This document shows positions 25,336 through 38,493 of a DNA stretch of 64,000 nt, in pieces (position 1 is the first letter of the stretch; the number at the start of each line of letters is the position of its first letter). The notes below the pieces were generated by a model. That model was not told where the DNA came from. It saw only the letters and a program-made list of their open reading frames with translations, and searched no databases. The translations under genes were made by a program, and so were the position numbers. Origin of the DNA: Octopus bimaculoides (Eukaryota); NCBI RefSeq assembly GCF_001194135.2, contig NC_068982.1, forward strand, positions 138,278,964-138,342,963. Direction: 5' to 3'.

Positions 25336-26456
25336 TAGGAGGCACTAGCATTTACACACATGTATACACATGATGGGAACTTCTGCCTCCCAAATTCAAT
25401 TACAAAGCTTTGGTCATATGTATGTGTGTGTGTGTATGTGTATCATTAGCAACCCGATTAAACATTTGGTAATTTTACACTGCTGCCACTAATTACAGGG
25501 GTTGTTTTTTCACTGTTACTCTCTGAGTGGTTGGCGTTAGGAAGGGCATCCAGATGTAGAAACTCTGCCAAATTAGATTGGAGCCTGGTGTAGTCATCCG
25601 GTTGCACCAGTCCTCAGTCAANNNNNNNNNNTTGGAGCCTGGTGTAGTCATCCGGTTGCACCAGTCCTCAGTCAAATCGTCCAACCCATGCTAGCATGGA
25701 AAGCGGACGTTAAACGATGATGATGATGATGATGCGCAATGTCCTTCATTTCCAGTCTTCTGTGAAAACATGTCTGGCCATGGTGAAATATCACTTTGCT
25801 TTGAAACAGATGAGGTTGGCAACAGGAAGGACATCCTGCTGTAGAAAATCTGCCTCAATAAATTCTATCTGATCCATGCAAGCATAGAAAAGTGGACATT
25901 AAAACAGTTGATGGACCATGACATAGCATGAGACGATATGGAAGCGTCAACAAACATTATTAAAGTGAATATAATTAATCATTTTGTTGTCGTGGGCGAT
26001 GCCAGTGCCGTCTGACCGGCACCTTTGCCACGGGCATGTAGAAAGCACCATTTGAGCGTGGTCGATGTCAGTGCCACAGGACTGGCTCCTGTGCCGTGGC
26101 ATGTAAAAAGCACCATTCAAGCGTGGTCAGTGCCAGTACCGCCTGACTGGCTCCCATGCCAGTGGCACATAAAAAGCACCATTCAAGCAGAATCGATGCC
26201 AGTGCTGCCTGACTGGCCCCCATGCCGGTGGCATGAAAAAGCATCCACTACACTTTTGGAGCGGTTGGCGTTAGGAAGGGCATCCAGCTGTAGAGACCTT
26301 GTCAGATCAGACCGGAGCATGGTTCAGCCTCCCGGCTTGCCAGTCCTTAGTCAAACCGTCCAACCCATGTCAGCAGGGAGAGCAGACACTAAACAACGAT
26401 GATGATAATGATGATGAATATTTCAGTAATGATTAACTTTTTTCATATAATTACAG

Positions 26457-26563
26457 GTATCCCTACAGCTGATTATTTTGTACATTTCCTTGAAAACCTT
26501 ATTTATCCAATTACTCATCTCTTTGATGAAAAGGGGATCAAGAAGTTTGTTTCTTTACATGAT
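26457..26563 (+). CDS. TXNDC11: TXNDC11 exon
   Basis: ttacag|GT...GAT|gtgagt; IPTADYFVHFLENLIYPITHLFDEKGIKKFVSLHD; phase 1 to 0, compatible with both neighbours. Confidence 0.88.
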
Positions 26564-26661
26564 GTGAGTATTTCTTTCTAACGTATCTATGTCTCTTTCT
26601 TAAATACTAATTGTCTGAATGAAATAGTAGCAATAATAATAATAATAATAATAATAATTTC

Positions 26662-27071
26662 TTTTATTCTTTTATTTGTTTGTTTGTTGCAGTAATTTGA
26701 CTGCGGCCATGCTGGAGCACTGCCGCTAGTCGAGCAAATCGACCCCAGGACTTATTCTTTGTAAGCCTGGTACTTATGCTATCGGTGTCTGTTGGCGAAC
26801 CGCTAAGTTACGGGGACGTAAACACACCAGCATCGGTTGTCAAGCGATGTTGGGGGGGGACAAAGAACAGACACACAAACATATACATACATACACACAC
26901 ATATATACGATGAGCTTCTTTCAGTTTCCGTTGACCAAATCCACTTACAAGGCTTTGGTCAGCCCGAGGTTATAGTAGAAGACACTTGCCCAAGGTGCCA
27001 CGCAGTGGAACTGAACCTGGGACCTTGTGGTTGGTAAGCAAGCTACTTACCACATAGCCACTCCTGCGCCT
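26662..27071 (-). mobile_element. SINE family A copy about 100 nt downstream of a TXNDC11 exon
   Basis: Reverse complement of the 4479-4856 element; truncates the mariner remnant. Confidence 0.85.
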
Positions 27072-27074
27072 ATG

Positions 27075-27520
27075 CAAAATTTTCAAAAAGTTCTTTATGT
27101 TCTCGACACAATCAAGTAGATCTTGTGCAACTGAAACCCAAGTGTCTTTTTGGTCAGCTGCAAGTAGTTTTGGCACACACATGTCTCGTACCCAAATCTT
27201 CGATGATAACGGACTTAACTGAACCGTAACTAATCTGCACCTCTTCTGATAACTCATGGATAGTGATTCGACAATTTCCTCTTACAGCTGCACACACATC
27301 TGCAATGTTTTACTCAGTTCTGCTTGTTGCAGGTCTCCGTAAACGTCCGTCACTATTGACATTTTTTCAGCCATCTTGGAAATGTCTGAACCACTCATAC
27401 ACTTGTGTGTACCTCATTCACTCCTCTCCATATGCTTTCTGCAACTTTGCATCGGCCTCTGATCAGGTATCGCCACGACACCTTTCTCTGTCATGGTCAG
27501 TGTGACACACCTTCCTTCCA
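27075..27520 (-). pseudogene. Decayed mariner transposase (N-terminal HTH region)
   Basis: LQKAYGEE*MRYTQVYEWFRHFQDG*KNV.SD.R..RP.TSRTE...RITIHELSEEVQISYGSV...EDLG / VPKLL..DQK; in-frame stops. Confidence 0.8.
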
Positions 27521-27875
27521 AGTACTGCTGTAAACAGCAGAAGTGTGCTAGAATGTTAGAACTTAGTGTGCATGCACAGCAGAGGTCAAGGTCAATCTAT
27601 GCCAACTGCTTCACTCTGCGTGCTTTAGCTTCATTACTATGGCATCAGTCTGGTTACTTATTGGTCAGACATCGTATTTCCACATGGGTGAACATATTTC
27701 CATGGAAGATTAGAAACAACTGACACTACTTGTAAGATTATAGTGCTCCAGCATGTCAAGGAACCTTTAACAAAACCAAGCACTTATGAATTTTCCAAAA
27801 ACAAACATACAAAAAACCCAGCAAAATGTTTCTTATTTCTTTTATATATTTTTTTTACCGTTTTTCCTCTTCTAG

Positions 27876-27969
27876 AATGCCGTAATTGGTTATTTTGATT
27901 TTAATTCCTCCCCTCAACCACCAGGATATCAACAGTTTTATTACGCTTCAATGAGGGCAATTGAACGAA
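27876..27969 (+). CDS. TXNDC11: TXNDC11 exon (not in the ORF track)
   Basis: ttctag|AAT...CGAA|gtaagt; NAVIGYFDFNSSPQPPGYQQFYYASMRAIER vs recalled human GVLGYFEFSGSPQPPGY; phase 0 to 1. Confidence 0.93.
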
Positions 27970-28597
27970 GTAAGTACTTTTTACATTTTTCTACTTACTC
28001 TTTTACTCTTTTATTTGTTTCAGTCATTTGACTGCGGCCATGCTAGAGCACCGCCTTTAGTCGAGCAAATCGACCCCAAGACTTATTCTTTGTAAGCCTA
28101 GTACTTATTCTAACTGCTAAGTTACAAGGACATAAACACACCAGCATTGGTTGTCAAGCGATGTTGGGGAGGACAAACACAGACACACAAACACACATAC
28201 ATATACATATATACAACAGGCTTCTTTCAGTTTCCGTCTACCAAATCCACTCACAAGGCTTTGGTCAGCCCAAGACTATAGTAGAAGACACTTGCCCAAG
28301 GTGCCACGCAGTGGGACTGAACCCGGAACCATGTGTTTGGTAAGCAAGCTACTTACCACACAGCCACTCCTGCACCTTTTTTTTTTTTTNNNNNNNNNNA
28401 CCTTTTTTTTTTTTTTTTTACTAAATAATGGTTAATTACTTGTTATCCCCTGTCTGCAAATTGTTTGCTGGCCTTATGCATTCAAAGACGTGTGGAATAA
28501 GAGATCCTTCACTTGAAAAACTGATAAGGGTTTATGACAAGAAGAGTGCCTGGTTGTAAAAGAATGCCTGAACCTATATTCATCACTATAGAAAAGC

Positions 28598-28631
<34 letters not shown>

Positions 28632-29434
28632 GTTTAACGTCCGCTTTCCATGCTGGCATGGGTTGGACGATTTGACTGAGGACTGGTGAACCAGATGGCT
28701 GCACCAGGCTCAATCTGATCTGGCAAAGTTTCTACAGCTGGATGCCCTTCCTAACGCCAATGCTCTTCCTAATATGGATGTAAAACAGACACAAAAGTCT
28801 GGTGCAAGCTTCTGCCTGGCTGGCTCTTGCGAAACCATCCCACCCATGCCAACATGGAAGGCGGACCTTAAACGACGACGATGATGATGAGGAGGAGGAG
28901 GAGGAGGATGAGGATGAGGAGGAGGAGGAGGATGAGGATGATGATGATGATGATGATGATGATGTGGTTTTATTTTACGTGCCTTCTCCTCGTCTTCTGT
29001 ATCTTGACTCTTTACTGCCTCCATCATAGTTGTTGTTGTTGTTGTCGTCCTCCTCACCCCTCCCCTGCCTCATTTGTTGCCCTCCACCTCCCTCCCATTC
29101 TCTCTCTACCCATCTCACTCCTACTCTTTCTGCATCCTCACTCTCCCTCTTCCTCTGTCCCTCTCCATCCTCCCTCCCACATCTTCCATCCCTCTCCTCT
29201 TACCCGCCATCTTATCCGCTTCTCCCAATAATTTTAATGCTTATTTCTCTTTGCATTTTCGGGTCCCACTAACAGCATAAAACAACATAAACCAATGCAT
29301 CTTGATCCCCTGTTATCTTGTCTGTAAATTACAAATATTCTGTAATCTAACCTTACCATTTTCTCTCAGGACTTCTTTGTTCTACCCCAGTTATGTTCAC
29401 AATCCACCCTAATACGTTTTCGTCTTTATTTCAG

Positions 29435-29550
29435 GTCCTGTTCAAATACTCAAGTTTGGAGTTCTAACTTCTCCTTATCACACCGATATATTAAATATGC
29501 CACCCAAAAGTAGTTCGGCAGTTTTGGTTAAACATGGCAGTATCATATTG
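29435..29550 (+). CDS. TXNDC11: TXNDC11 exon
   Basis: tttcag|GT...TTG|gtatgt; PVQILKFGVLTSPYHTDILNMPPKSSSAVLVKHGSIIL (FGV motif as in human VRFGVIT); phase 1 to 0. Confidence 0.85.
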
Positions 29551-30758
29551 GTATGTATTATTCTTGGACAAATTCTTCATTTCAGCTGTCTAGTTCATCC
29601 TTGCAGTGGCTGCACTGCTTGTACAAGTGTTGTTTTGGTGCAAGCCATCTGGTCATTTAAAATGACCACTCTAGATCCAATTTGGTGATGCTCCAGTATG
29701 ACCACACCCAACTAACTTCAACCAGTAAATGAGTGCTATAGGAGTATTATTTTTGGCCAGTGCCCCCTGACTGGCTCCTGTTCCAGTGGCATGTAAAAAG
29801 CACCATCCGAATGTGGTTGATACAAGTACCCACTGACTGTTCCCCACCCCACCCATGCCGGTGGCATGTAAAAAGCACTTTCCAAATGTGATCGATGTCA
29901 ATGCCCCCTGACTGGCCCCTGTGCCAGTGACATGTAAAAAGCACCATCTGAATGTGATCGATGCCAGGCCTGCCTGACTGGCTCCTGGCAGAAACCTTAG
30001 CATGTTGGGCGAAATGCTTAGCGATATTTCATCTGCCGCTATGTTCTGAGTTCAAATTCCACCTAGATCGACTTTGCCTTTCATCCTTTCGGGATTGATA
30101 AATTAAGCACCAGTTACGCACTGGGGTCGATGTAATTGACTTAATCCCTTTGTCTGTCCTTGTTTGTCCCCTCTATGTTTTGCAATAAAGCTATGTGGGC
30201 AATAAAGAAATAAGAGATAACTCTTTTACTATGGAGGAGATATTATATATATGAGTATATATACACAACGATCTATGGTTATCAATATCTGTAGGTATGA
30301 CATCTGAAAAAGAAGATATTAGATAATCCTTGAGGTTTTCCTCATGAATTTTTGTAGACCAGTTTTTGAGAAAGGTTGTCAATCAGTGATCTAGCCAGTA
30401 AACCAAATATCTGAATTTGCAGATCCATCTAACCCCCAAATAAGCCAATGAATCGATGGTGCATTTAAGGTCAGTATTTAGCTGTTTGGAGACTGGCATG
30501 TTGAAGAATAGACCCGAAATTTCCATTGCATGTCATAAAAGGTGACTTAAAGTAGTTGAGGTAAGATTTGAACTCTGACCTTGTAAAACCCTCTCCAGCA
30601 ATGACTACCCAAAACAATCTGCCAGGAGTAGTAGGGAATCACCAACAAGTAGTGGATGTAGTGCTGCTGCTACTACTATTACTATTTATCATTTTCTTTG
30701 TGTTTAATTTCTTGAAAACATAAACTCATTGCATTTTTATTTTGAATATTTGTTTCAG

Positions 30759-30827
30759 AATTATCCAGAGTTGGATAATTTTACCAGTTCAGAATTGGTG
30801 AAATGGGCTTTCCAAGAGCAACAACAA
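30759..30827 (+). CDS. TXNDC11: TXNDC11 exon (not in the ORF track)
   Basis: tttcag|AAT...CAA|gtaaga; NYPELDNFTSSELVKWAFQEQQQ vs recalled human NYTAENICKWALENQE; phase 0 to 0. Confidence 0.87.
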
Positions 30828-31234
30828 GTAAGAACATCACTTTTGTTTTGCTTTTTAAACACTGGGGGATAATAATTTAACAAAAAAAAAAAATTGCTTG
30901 TTAGCCCTATGAAGTGGGGGTTGCTACTGCAGCAAGTGTCACCGGCCATTCTCTGCAGTAATGGCTTTGAAGTTATGTCTGTGAGGCATGGCTGAATGCC
31001 CCAAACATTTCATGTACATTTGATTGTACACTCCTGATATTTGATCTGGGGTGTACAATCTATTACTCCCCACCCATATTTTGCTGCTTAATTCCCTCCC
31101 TCCCTCCTTTCCACCCTTTCTCTTTTTCTTGGTGGGGTAGTTCTGATGTTTTTTATCTCAGTAATTTACTCTTTTATATTTTTAATGTTTGTTTTTCTTT
31201 TCTTTCGAAAGGAACTCAGCCACTTTGCCTCCAT

Positions 31235-31380
31235 GAGCATTTGGTGTCATGGAGACAAAGTGGCTGAGTTCCTTTCGAGTGTTGGGCCTCATGGAGGCAA
31301 AGTGGCCGAGTTCCTTTTGCGTGTTGGGCCTCATGGAGGGCATAGTGGCCGAGTTCCTTTCGAGTGTTGGGCCTCACAGA
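31235..31380 (+). repeat. 42-bp tandem repeat, about 3.5 copies
   Basis: tgttgggcctcatggaggcaaagtggccgagttcctttcgag units. Confidence 0.8.
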
Positions 31381-32589
31381 AGCAATGGTCAAGGCCTTTG
31401 GTATTATGTCTTGCTTGAGAAGCCAAGAAAAATTGCAGTCATGGCGTATACCAGTGTCAGGAAAAGCATTTTATCTGTCTTCATGTTCTGAGTTCAAATT
31501 CAGCCAAGGTCAACTTTGCCTTTCATCCTTTCAGGGTCAATAAATTAAGTACCAGTTGCGTACTGGGGTCGATCTAATCAACTGACCCCCTCCCCCAAAA
31601 TTTTGGGCCTTGTGCCTAGAGTAGAAAAGAATATTTCCTTCTCTTATAAGGCAGTGGAGCTTGCAGAATTGTTAACATATCAGATAAAAAGCTTAGTGGC
31701 GTTTTATTCTGACTTTAAATTAAGCATTTAGTCTAAAGACTAAGCATTTCGCCCCGGCATGTTAACGTTTCTGCCAGCTCACTGCCTTAAGAGAAGGAAT
31801 TATTACTGGAATATTAGTTCATTTAAGATCTCATTAGAAAATAACCTAATTAATCTGATCATGTGTTGGATTATCATTATGATCTGAGTCATTCCTTATT
31901 GGGAGAGCCACTGTTCCTAAAGCCTGGTGCTCATGTGTGTCATTTGGTTGGGTTTCTATGGCTGGATGCCCTTTCTAATGCCAACCCCTTTACAGAAGGG
32001 TACTAAGTGCATTTCTCCCATTAGAGAGGTTGAATAGACCTTGGTGAGACAGGACTAAGGGACCTCATAACTGCATGCTTCCTATTTCTCTGTTTGTTAT
32101 AGTTTAATCCTTTAACGTTTATGCTCCAACTGGCCAAATACAGCCTTTCACACCAAACCCACACAATGTCATTCTAAATATAAGCCATCACATTATCAAA
32201 ATCTCAAAGCTGTGAGATAATGCAATGATTAATTTCTAAACACTGAATCAATAAGCATTACATTTAACAATAATCTCAATGCTAGAGGGTTAATCCAGTC
32301 ATCTCTGTCCAAATAGGCTGATGTTATTAAAGCATTCTGTTGATGTTACTTGGTGTGGCCCTCCTGTCTTTGTTGTGTGTGTGTTTGTGTGCGTGTGTGG
32401 AGGGGTATATATTCTAGAATTTAAGACATGGCATTCATTTTAATAGTAATTTCAGTGCTAGTGTACTTGATGTAGCAGTTAGAGAAAAAATATTAATTCT
32501 TTAAAGTTATCTTCATTGATGAGAACAACCATCTCATCGACTAATTTTGGTAGAAATAAAGAGAGAGAAAGAATGAGCAGGCATGTGTG

Positions 32590-32626
<37 letters not shown>

Positions 32627-34272
32627 GGGATAGAGAGAGAACGAGCAGGTGTGTGTGTGTACTTGTGTAATATAGTTTGTTCACTAATGTGGTTTGTACA
32701 TATTTTAGAGGGGTGAATTAGAATCGTTATGGTATCCCTTATCATCCTTCGGGGATTTGATTCAGAGTCGTTGTTGTCTTTCATGAAATCGAAACCAATT
32801 TATTGAATAGCAGTGATTTTCTTACCACTTTCTTTTTTTTTAACCCAACGTCACCAAAATATGTCGTGTAGTGAAAATTCCTTCATGAAGGACACACTGT
32901 GATATAAAGGGAAATAACTTATGTTGAAAAGTCATACTAGAGTTATCTTTCGTAACCATCTACTCTTTCAATAAGATTTCCACCTCTGTCGTCCGACTCT
33001 GCCAACTGTTGAGTTTTTAACTTAGTCTACCTCCAAGTGTCCTACTTCCCCATAATATAGATTTTATCCCATTATTTTGTAAAGACTGAGGCGACATTAC
33101 ATTGTAGTTTCAGTGTTAAAATGGAATCGTCACATGTCGATCCGCCTCCCGCTTTCTTCTTCCCCTCTCTATTCCTCTTATTGTCCTCCTTCTCTCCTCC
33201 GCCCCACCTATCTTTCTTGGAAAGAAATTGACTGTGGACAGGCAAGGAGAGGGATGGGCTCCACCAAGTTTAAAATGCCCGAGTGCAAGGAAGGTAAGAC
33301 ATCTATGAGTGTATGTAGATTCTTTTCCTGAACTGTTGTTTCTTAACTCCCCCCCCCCCTTTTTTAAATTGTATCTTTATTGATATATATTGTCTTCATT
33401 TCTATTAATTGGGAACTCAGAAAGAATTTATGTTAAAAGCACCATTCAAGCATGATCGTTTCCAGTGCCGCCTGACTGGCTCCCATGCCGGTGGCACATA
33501 AAACACACCATTCGATCGTGGTTGATGCCAGTACAGCCTGACTGGCTCGCGTGCCAGTGGCATGTAAAAACTCCATCCAAACATGGTCGATGCCAGTACT
33601 GCCTGACTGGCTTTCGTGTCAGTGGCATTTAAAAATGCACCCACTACACCCTTGGAGTGGTTGGTGTTAGGAAGGGCGTCCAGCTGTAGAAACTTCGCCA
33701 GATTGGATTGGAGCCTGGTGCAGCCTTCTGGCTCACCAGTCCTCAGTCAGATCGTCCAACCCATGCCAGCATGGGAAGCGGACGTTAAACGACGACAGCG
33801 ATGATGGTGATGATGATGATGAATTTTGTCATTATTAATCTGATGTTTTTTTTTGAAGGCAGCAAGCTAGCAAAGCCATTACCAAGCTGGACAAAATGGA
33901 TAGCTGCATTTCTCCTTTTTCTTGAAATTCTGAGTTGAGATTCTGCTTAGGTTGACTTTGCCTTTCATCAGTTCCAGGATTGATAAAATAGGTACCAGTT
34001 TAGCTCTAGGGCCGATATGAACGACTTCCCCTCTCCTCAAAAATTACTGGCCTTCTGCTTAAATTAGAAAGAATTATTAACCTTATGTTTGTAACATACC
34101 ATGAAATTTTAATGGAAGATTTTTTTGTGTTTAGATCACTTTAAAACAGGAAATTCATATCATGGAACTAGGGGCAGTCTAAGGTGGGGTTAGTATCAAA
34201 AGGGTTAAGGGACTTGAGAAAACACTAATTTATTTTCTTTTCCTTATTGTATTTTTCTTATTTATTTTGCAG

Positions 34273-34404
34273 CCTCTTGTCCAAATATTGAATCCCTCAG
34301 GAACAAAGAGTCTTCAGCTGTCTAGTGAAATAGCAAAGGGTCCCACCTTAATTATGTTCTCTAACCATTATCCTTTATTTCATGTAAATCACAATTACCA
34401 CATG
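34273..34404 (+). CDS. TXNDC11: TXNDC11 exon
   Basis: ttgcag|CCT...ATG|gtaaga; PLVQILNPSGTKSLQLSSEIAKGPTLIMFSNHYPLFHVNHNYHM vs recalled human [20 protein letters not shown]; phase 0 to 0. Confidence 0.9.
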
Positions 34405-34898
34405 GTAAGATATATTTCACTTCATTTTGTATTTCGTTTGCAAGATTCCAGCTTGTTGTGTATTGGGAGGGTCAGTAAGCCAATAACGACATGCATGGTT
34501 CAGTGGTTAGGGTATTCTGCTTACAATCGTAAAGCTGTGAGTTCAATATCCAGTGGCACATTGTGTCCTTGAGCAAGACACTTTATTCCACATTGCTCCA
34601 GTCCACTCAGCTGGCAAAAATGAGTTGTACCTGTAATTCAAAGGGGCCAGCTTTGTCACATTCCCTGAGAACTACATTAAGGTTACATGTGTCTGTAGAG
34701 TGCTCAGCCCACTTGCCCGTTAATTTCACAAGCAGGCTTCTCTGTCGATCAGATCAACTGCAACCCTCGTCATAATCAATGGAGTGCAAGTCTGTCTACG
34801 AGTGCTTGTGAATTAGCGATCGCTGGAGCTAGTTGATTATGTATGTTACCTGGTGGTGATACATAATAACTGAGACAAAGATGTGGTTGCTTCACTTG

Positions 34899-34976
<78 letters not shown>

Positions 34977-35163
34977 GACGGGCTTCTTTCAGTTTCCGTC
35001 TACCAAATCCATTCACGAGGCTTTGGTCGACCCAAGGCTATAGTAGAAGACACCGGTCCAAAGTGCCACACAGTGGGACTGAACCCAGAACTATGTATGC
35101 TTTTGTCACTCCATGTCAGTTTAAAATATTTTTAAAATCTTTTTTTTATTTTTGTTTTAACAG

Positions 35164-36144
35164 TTGCGAGAAATTGCATTAGAATATGCTAAATGTGAAA
35201 TGGATGAAATCAGTAATGAAAACCTGTTGTACAGTTTAACTCACCGTCTTTCTTCTATGAAGAAACTGCAAGAACTTACAAAGTGTAGCAAAGAGCAACA
35301 GCGGGAAGGTTTCCCTAGCCATGCTAAACAAGCAGATCCTCATCGTGTTGTTTCACAAAAAGCAGAGCAGCATCTTCCTAAAAGTCTCCCATTTACCTAT
35401 CTTGCCAGCAGCAAGTATTTCCCTGCATCTTCATCTTTGCTCGTCTGCCAGTGCTGTGTGAGTGTGTTACAGAAACATTTATTGGAGGGACACCTTTATC
35501 GCAATGTGTGCGAAGTCTGCTACAACAGTGTGAAGTCGGCCAGAAGTTGTCACGTACCGTGCAACTGTCCCAAGGGATCAACTTACAAATTCAATGAAGA
35601 CCGTATTTACAGTACTTTACAAAACAAGTGCCTTCAATTTTCTCCAGATTACATTCCCACTCAGTACAAATCGGTCTGCTGTCATAAAATGCATAAACTC
35701 ACAACCAATTCTACCAAACCTTTTTCTTCCTCTTCATTCTCTTTTCCTGTTCCTCCAAGTCCTTCCTCTTCCTCCGATTCTTCTAACGTTTCTTATTCCA
35801 AAACAGCTAACAAGACTCCCTCCTCTAAAGATCCTTCTAACAGTTCTGTAGATAACACACTACAAGATCCTTTCATCATACAAGTCTTAAAGAATCGGAC
35901 GCAACAATTATGTGATCATTATAATTTACAATTTGTACAGGGTGTTCCTATTGACACCAATTTTAATGTTTTGTCATTAACTCTTGTTAAGAATTTTTCT
36001 GGTTTGTCATGCCGAACCAACAAGACTGTCCATTTCTATGCTATGGATCTTACAAACCATTGGATGTTTGCTGATCGGTTTGGTCTGAATAGCACAAAAC
36101 TACTAGAAACTGACCAACCAGCAGTTGTGATGGTGGACTTGGCG
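35164..36144 (+). CDS. TXNDC11: TXNDC11 large central exon (327 codons, Cys-rich and Ser/Pro-rich)
   Basis: taacag|TTG...GCG|gtaaga; LREIALEYAKC...NVCEVC...VCCHK...NFSGLSCRTNKTVHFYAMD matches recalled human EVALEYNNC, NVCELC and NFTGLSCRTNKTLNIY. Confidence 0.95.
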
Positions 36145-38444
36145 GTAAGAAGAAACTGTCTCTGTTTTATCATCATCTTTGTTTTTCTACTTTATTCTTG
36201 TATTTTATTTAAGCCTTTCATTACCACATTGCTAACTAAATACACAACCTGCGTTTCAATTGATATCGAAAATAATCAAAAATTTTGGGGGAATTTCGTA
36301 AAATAACTAGTTTTCACATTGTTAATTCTTTAGCATTCAGATTACTCTGCCAAATGTAATACGTATTGATTTTCATGGTTTTGAATTAATTATGCATTGT
36401 CTTTTAGCTTTGAAATTTTGACGATGTGATTGTTTAGTTTTATAGTAACATTGTAGGGTAGGTGTGAGGGGCCAAATGTAGCTAGTTTGAACAGAAAACC
36501 GTTAGAATGTTTGGGCCTGATGGCTGGTTTAAATTCTAAAGGGTTAAGCTGATATTTAGAATAAACTGAAAGAAAGGTCCTTACACTAAATTATAAAGGG
36601 AAGCATACTGGCTTTGTTTCTTTCAAGTTTTCGCATATCCTAAGTAGTCACAGCCCATGTCTCACTGCCATACTGCATGGCTGTTCGTACACTGCCATTG
36701 TACAATCTGCCAAAGTGAAAGGCAGATTATACAATGCTTGTGTACGAACAGCCTTGATATAACAAGTAGGTTGGTATCCGAGAACCAGGAATGGTCTCAG
36801 ATGATTTGATACCAAAAGGGGGGAAATTGGTAGTTTTTATTGTTTTACATATTTTTTTTTCTATCATTAGATGGTTTTTGTTGGTTGTTGTATATCTTTC
36901 TACTGGAATCTAATCAACCATGAAATATGAGTGTTCTAATCTGTTATTGTTTTGTATATCTAATCAACCATGAAAAAGTGGTGGAACCTGTTGTGTGTCT
37001 GATTAACCACAAAGTGAGATGGGAAGCCATTGTGAATTTCATCATCATCATCGTTTAACGTCCACTTTCCATGCTGGCATGGGTTGGACGGTTTGACTGA
37101 GGACTGGCGAGCCAGATGGCTGCTCCAGGCTTCAATCTGATCTGGCAGAGTTTCTATAGCTGGATGCCCTTCCTAATGCCAACCACTCTGAGAGTGTAGT
37201 GGGTGCTTTTACATGCCACTGGCAAGAGGGCCAGTCAGGCGGTACTGGCAGCGGCCATGCTCAAATGGTGTTTTTTTTACGTGCCACCTGCACAGGAGCC
37301 AGTCCAGTGGCACTGGCAACGACCTTGTTCGAATGTCATGAATCATAAAAAAATAAGTAGAACCTGTTGTTGTGTATTTAATAAACTATGAAATAGAAGT
37401 AGTACCTGTTGTGGTGTATATCAAATCAACAGTGATGTCAGAATGAAACTTATTGTGACTTTAATCAACCATGAAAAATATACAGATTCTGTTGTTGTGT
37501 GCACCTAATCAACCATGAAGACTGGAAAGTTTGACCAGACCGGCATGCTGGAAAGCTGCACCAAATCCAGTTTGATTTGCCATGGTTTTCTATGGCTGGA
37601 TGCCCTTCCTAATGCCAACCACTCCCAGAGTGTAATGGGTGCTTTTATGTGCCACCAGTACGAATGCTATTTGTGTGATGCTGGGGTGCTTTTACATGCC
37701 ACCAACATGGGTGCCAATTTGTGTGACACTGGTATCTGCCACGACTGTGATTTTGCTCAGCTTGATGGGGCTTCTTCTCAAGCACGACATAATGCCAAAG
37801 GTCTCAGTCATTGCCTCTGTGAGGCCCAACATTCAAAAGGAACTCATCCACTTTGCCCCCGTGATCCCTGAGTTTTCTGTTATTATTGTTGTTGTAACAT
37901 TAGCCATGCTATAACGATGAGCCTCCGACTCACACTAATAAAGCTATGTTATGGTGAATTACTTCCATTCTCAATTTAATGTGGCACATTGGCTAAATAA
38001 TACTCTTTCATAATAACACTGAAATATCAGTGTAAGAATTTCAAATCCTTTTTGTTTAATTCATGTTAAAAAGACAAACATGCATGAGAGAAAAAGCTAA
38101 TTAATCTTTAAAAAAATTATTTAAAATGTTTTATTAGCTTTTCTCTTTTGCACTTAAATTTATATAAATTTCAGATGCAAAGGACTATCTTCAGAAAAAT
38201 ACAGTTAAAGAAATATGGATTTACATAGATCCTGCTATTTTGGATGACCGAATGGTCACTGCCCATCCGGCTGTCTCATCTGAAGATAGGCCTTTGCACC
38301 TAAAATATAAAGGTTTTTAAAACTTCCTGCATTGTTAGAAGCCTTCCTTTTTTCTCATTTCATTCATTCATTCTACTTCTCTACCACAATACTTCAAGCG
38401 AACTACAATGCCCTTCTAACAATTTTTTGTTTCTTTTTCTGCAG

Positions 38445-38493
38445 GATGAAAAAAATTATGTCCTTAAGAAGCCGTTCTCTAAAACCTCAGTTG
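38445..38493 (+). CDS. TXNDC11: TXNDC11 short exon
   Basis: ctgcag|GAT...GTTG|gtaagt; DEKNYVLKKPFSKTSV(A); phase 0 to 1 bridges the flanking exons. Confidence 0.85.

Noticed and set aside
25578-25675. Exact 44-bp direct duplication flanking a 10-N gap (likewise 61 bp at 53406-53537)
   Set aside because: Typical unmerged contig overlap, so an assembly artefact rather than a tandem duplication.
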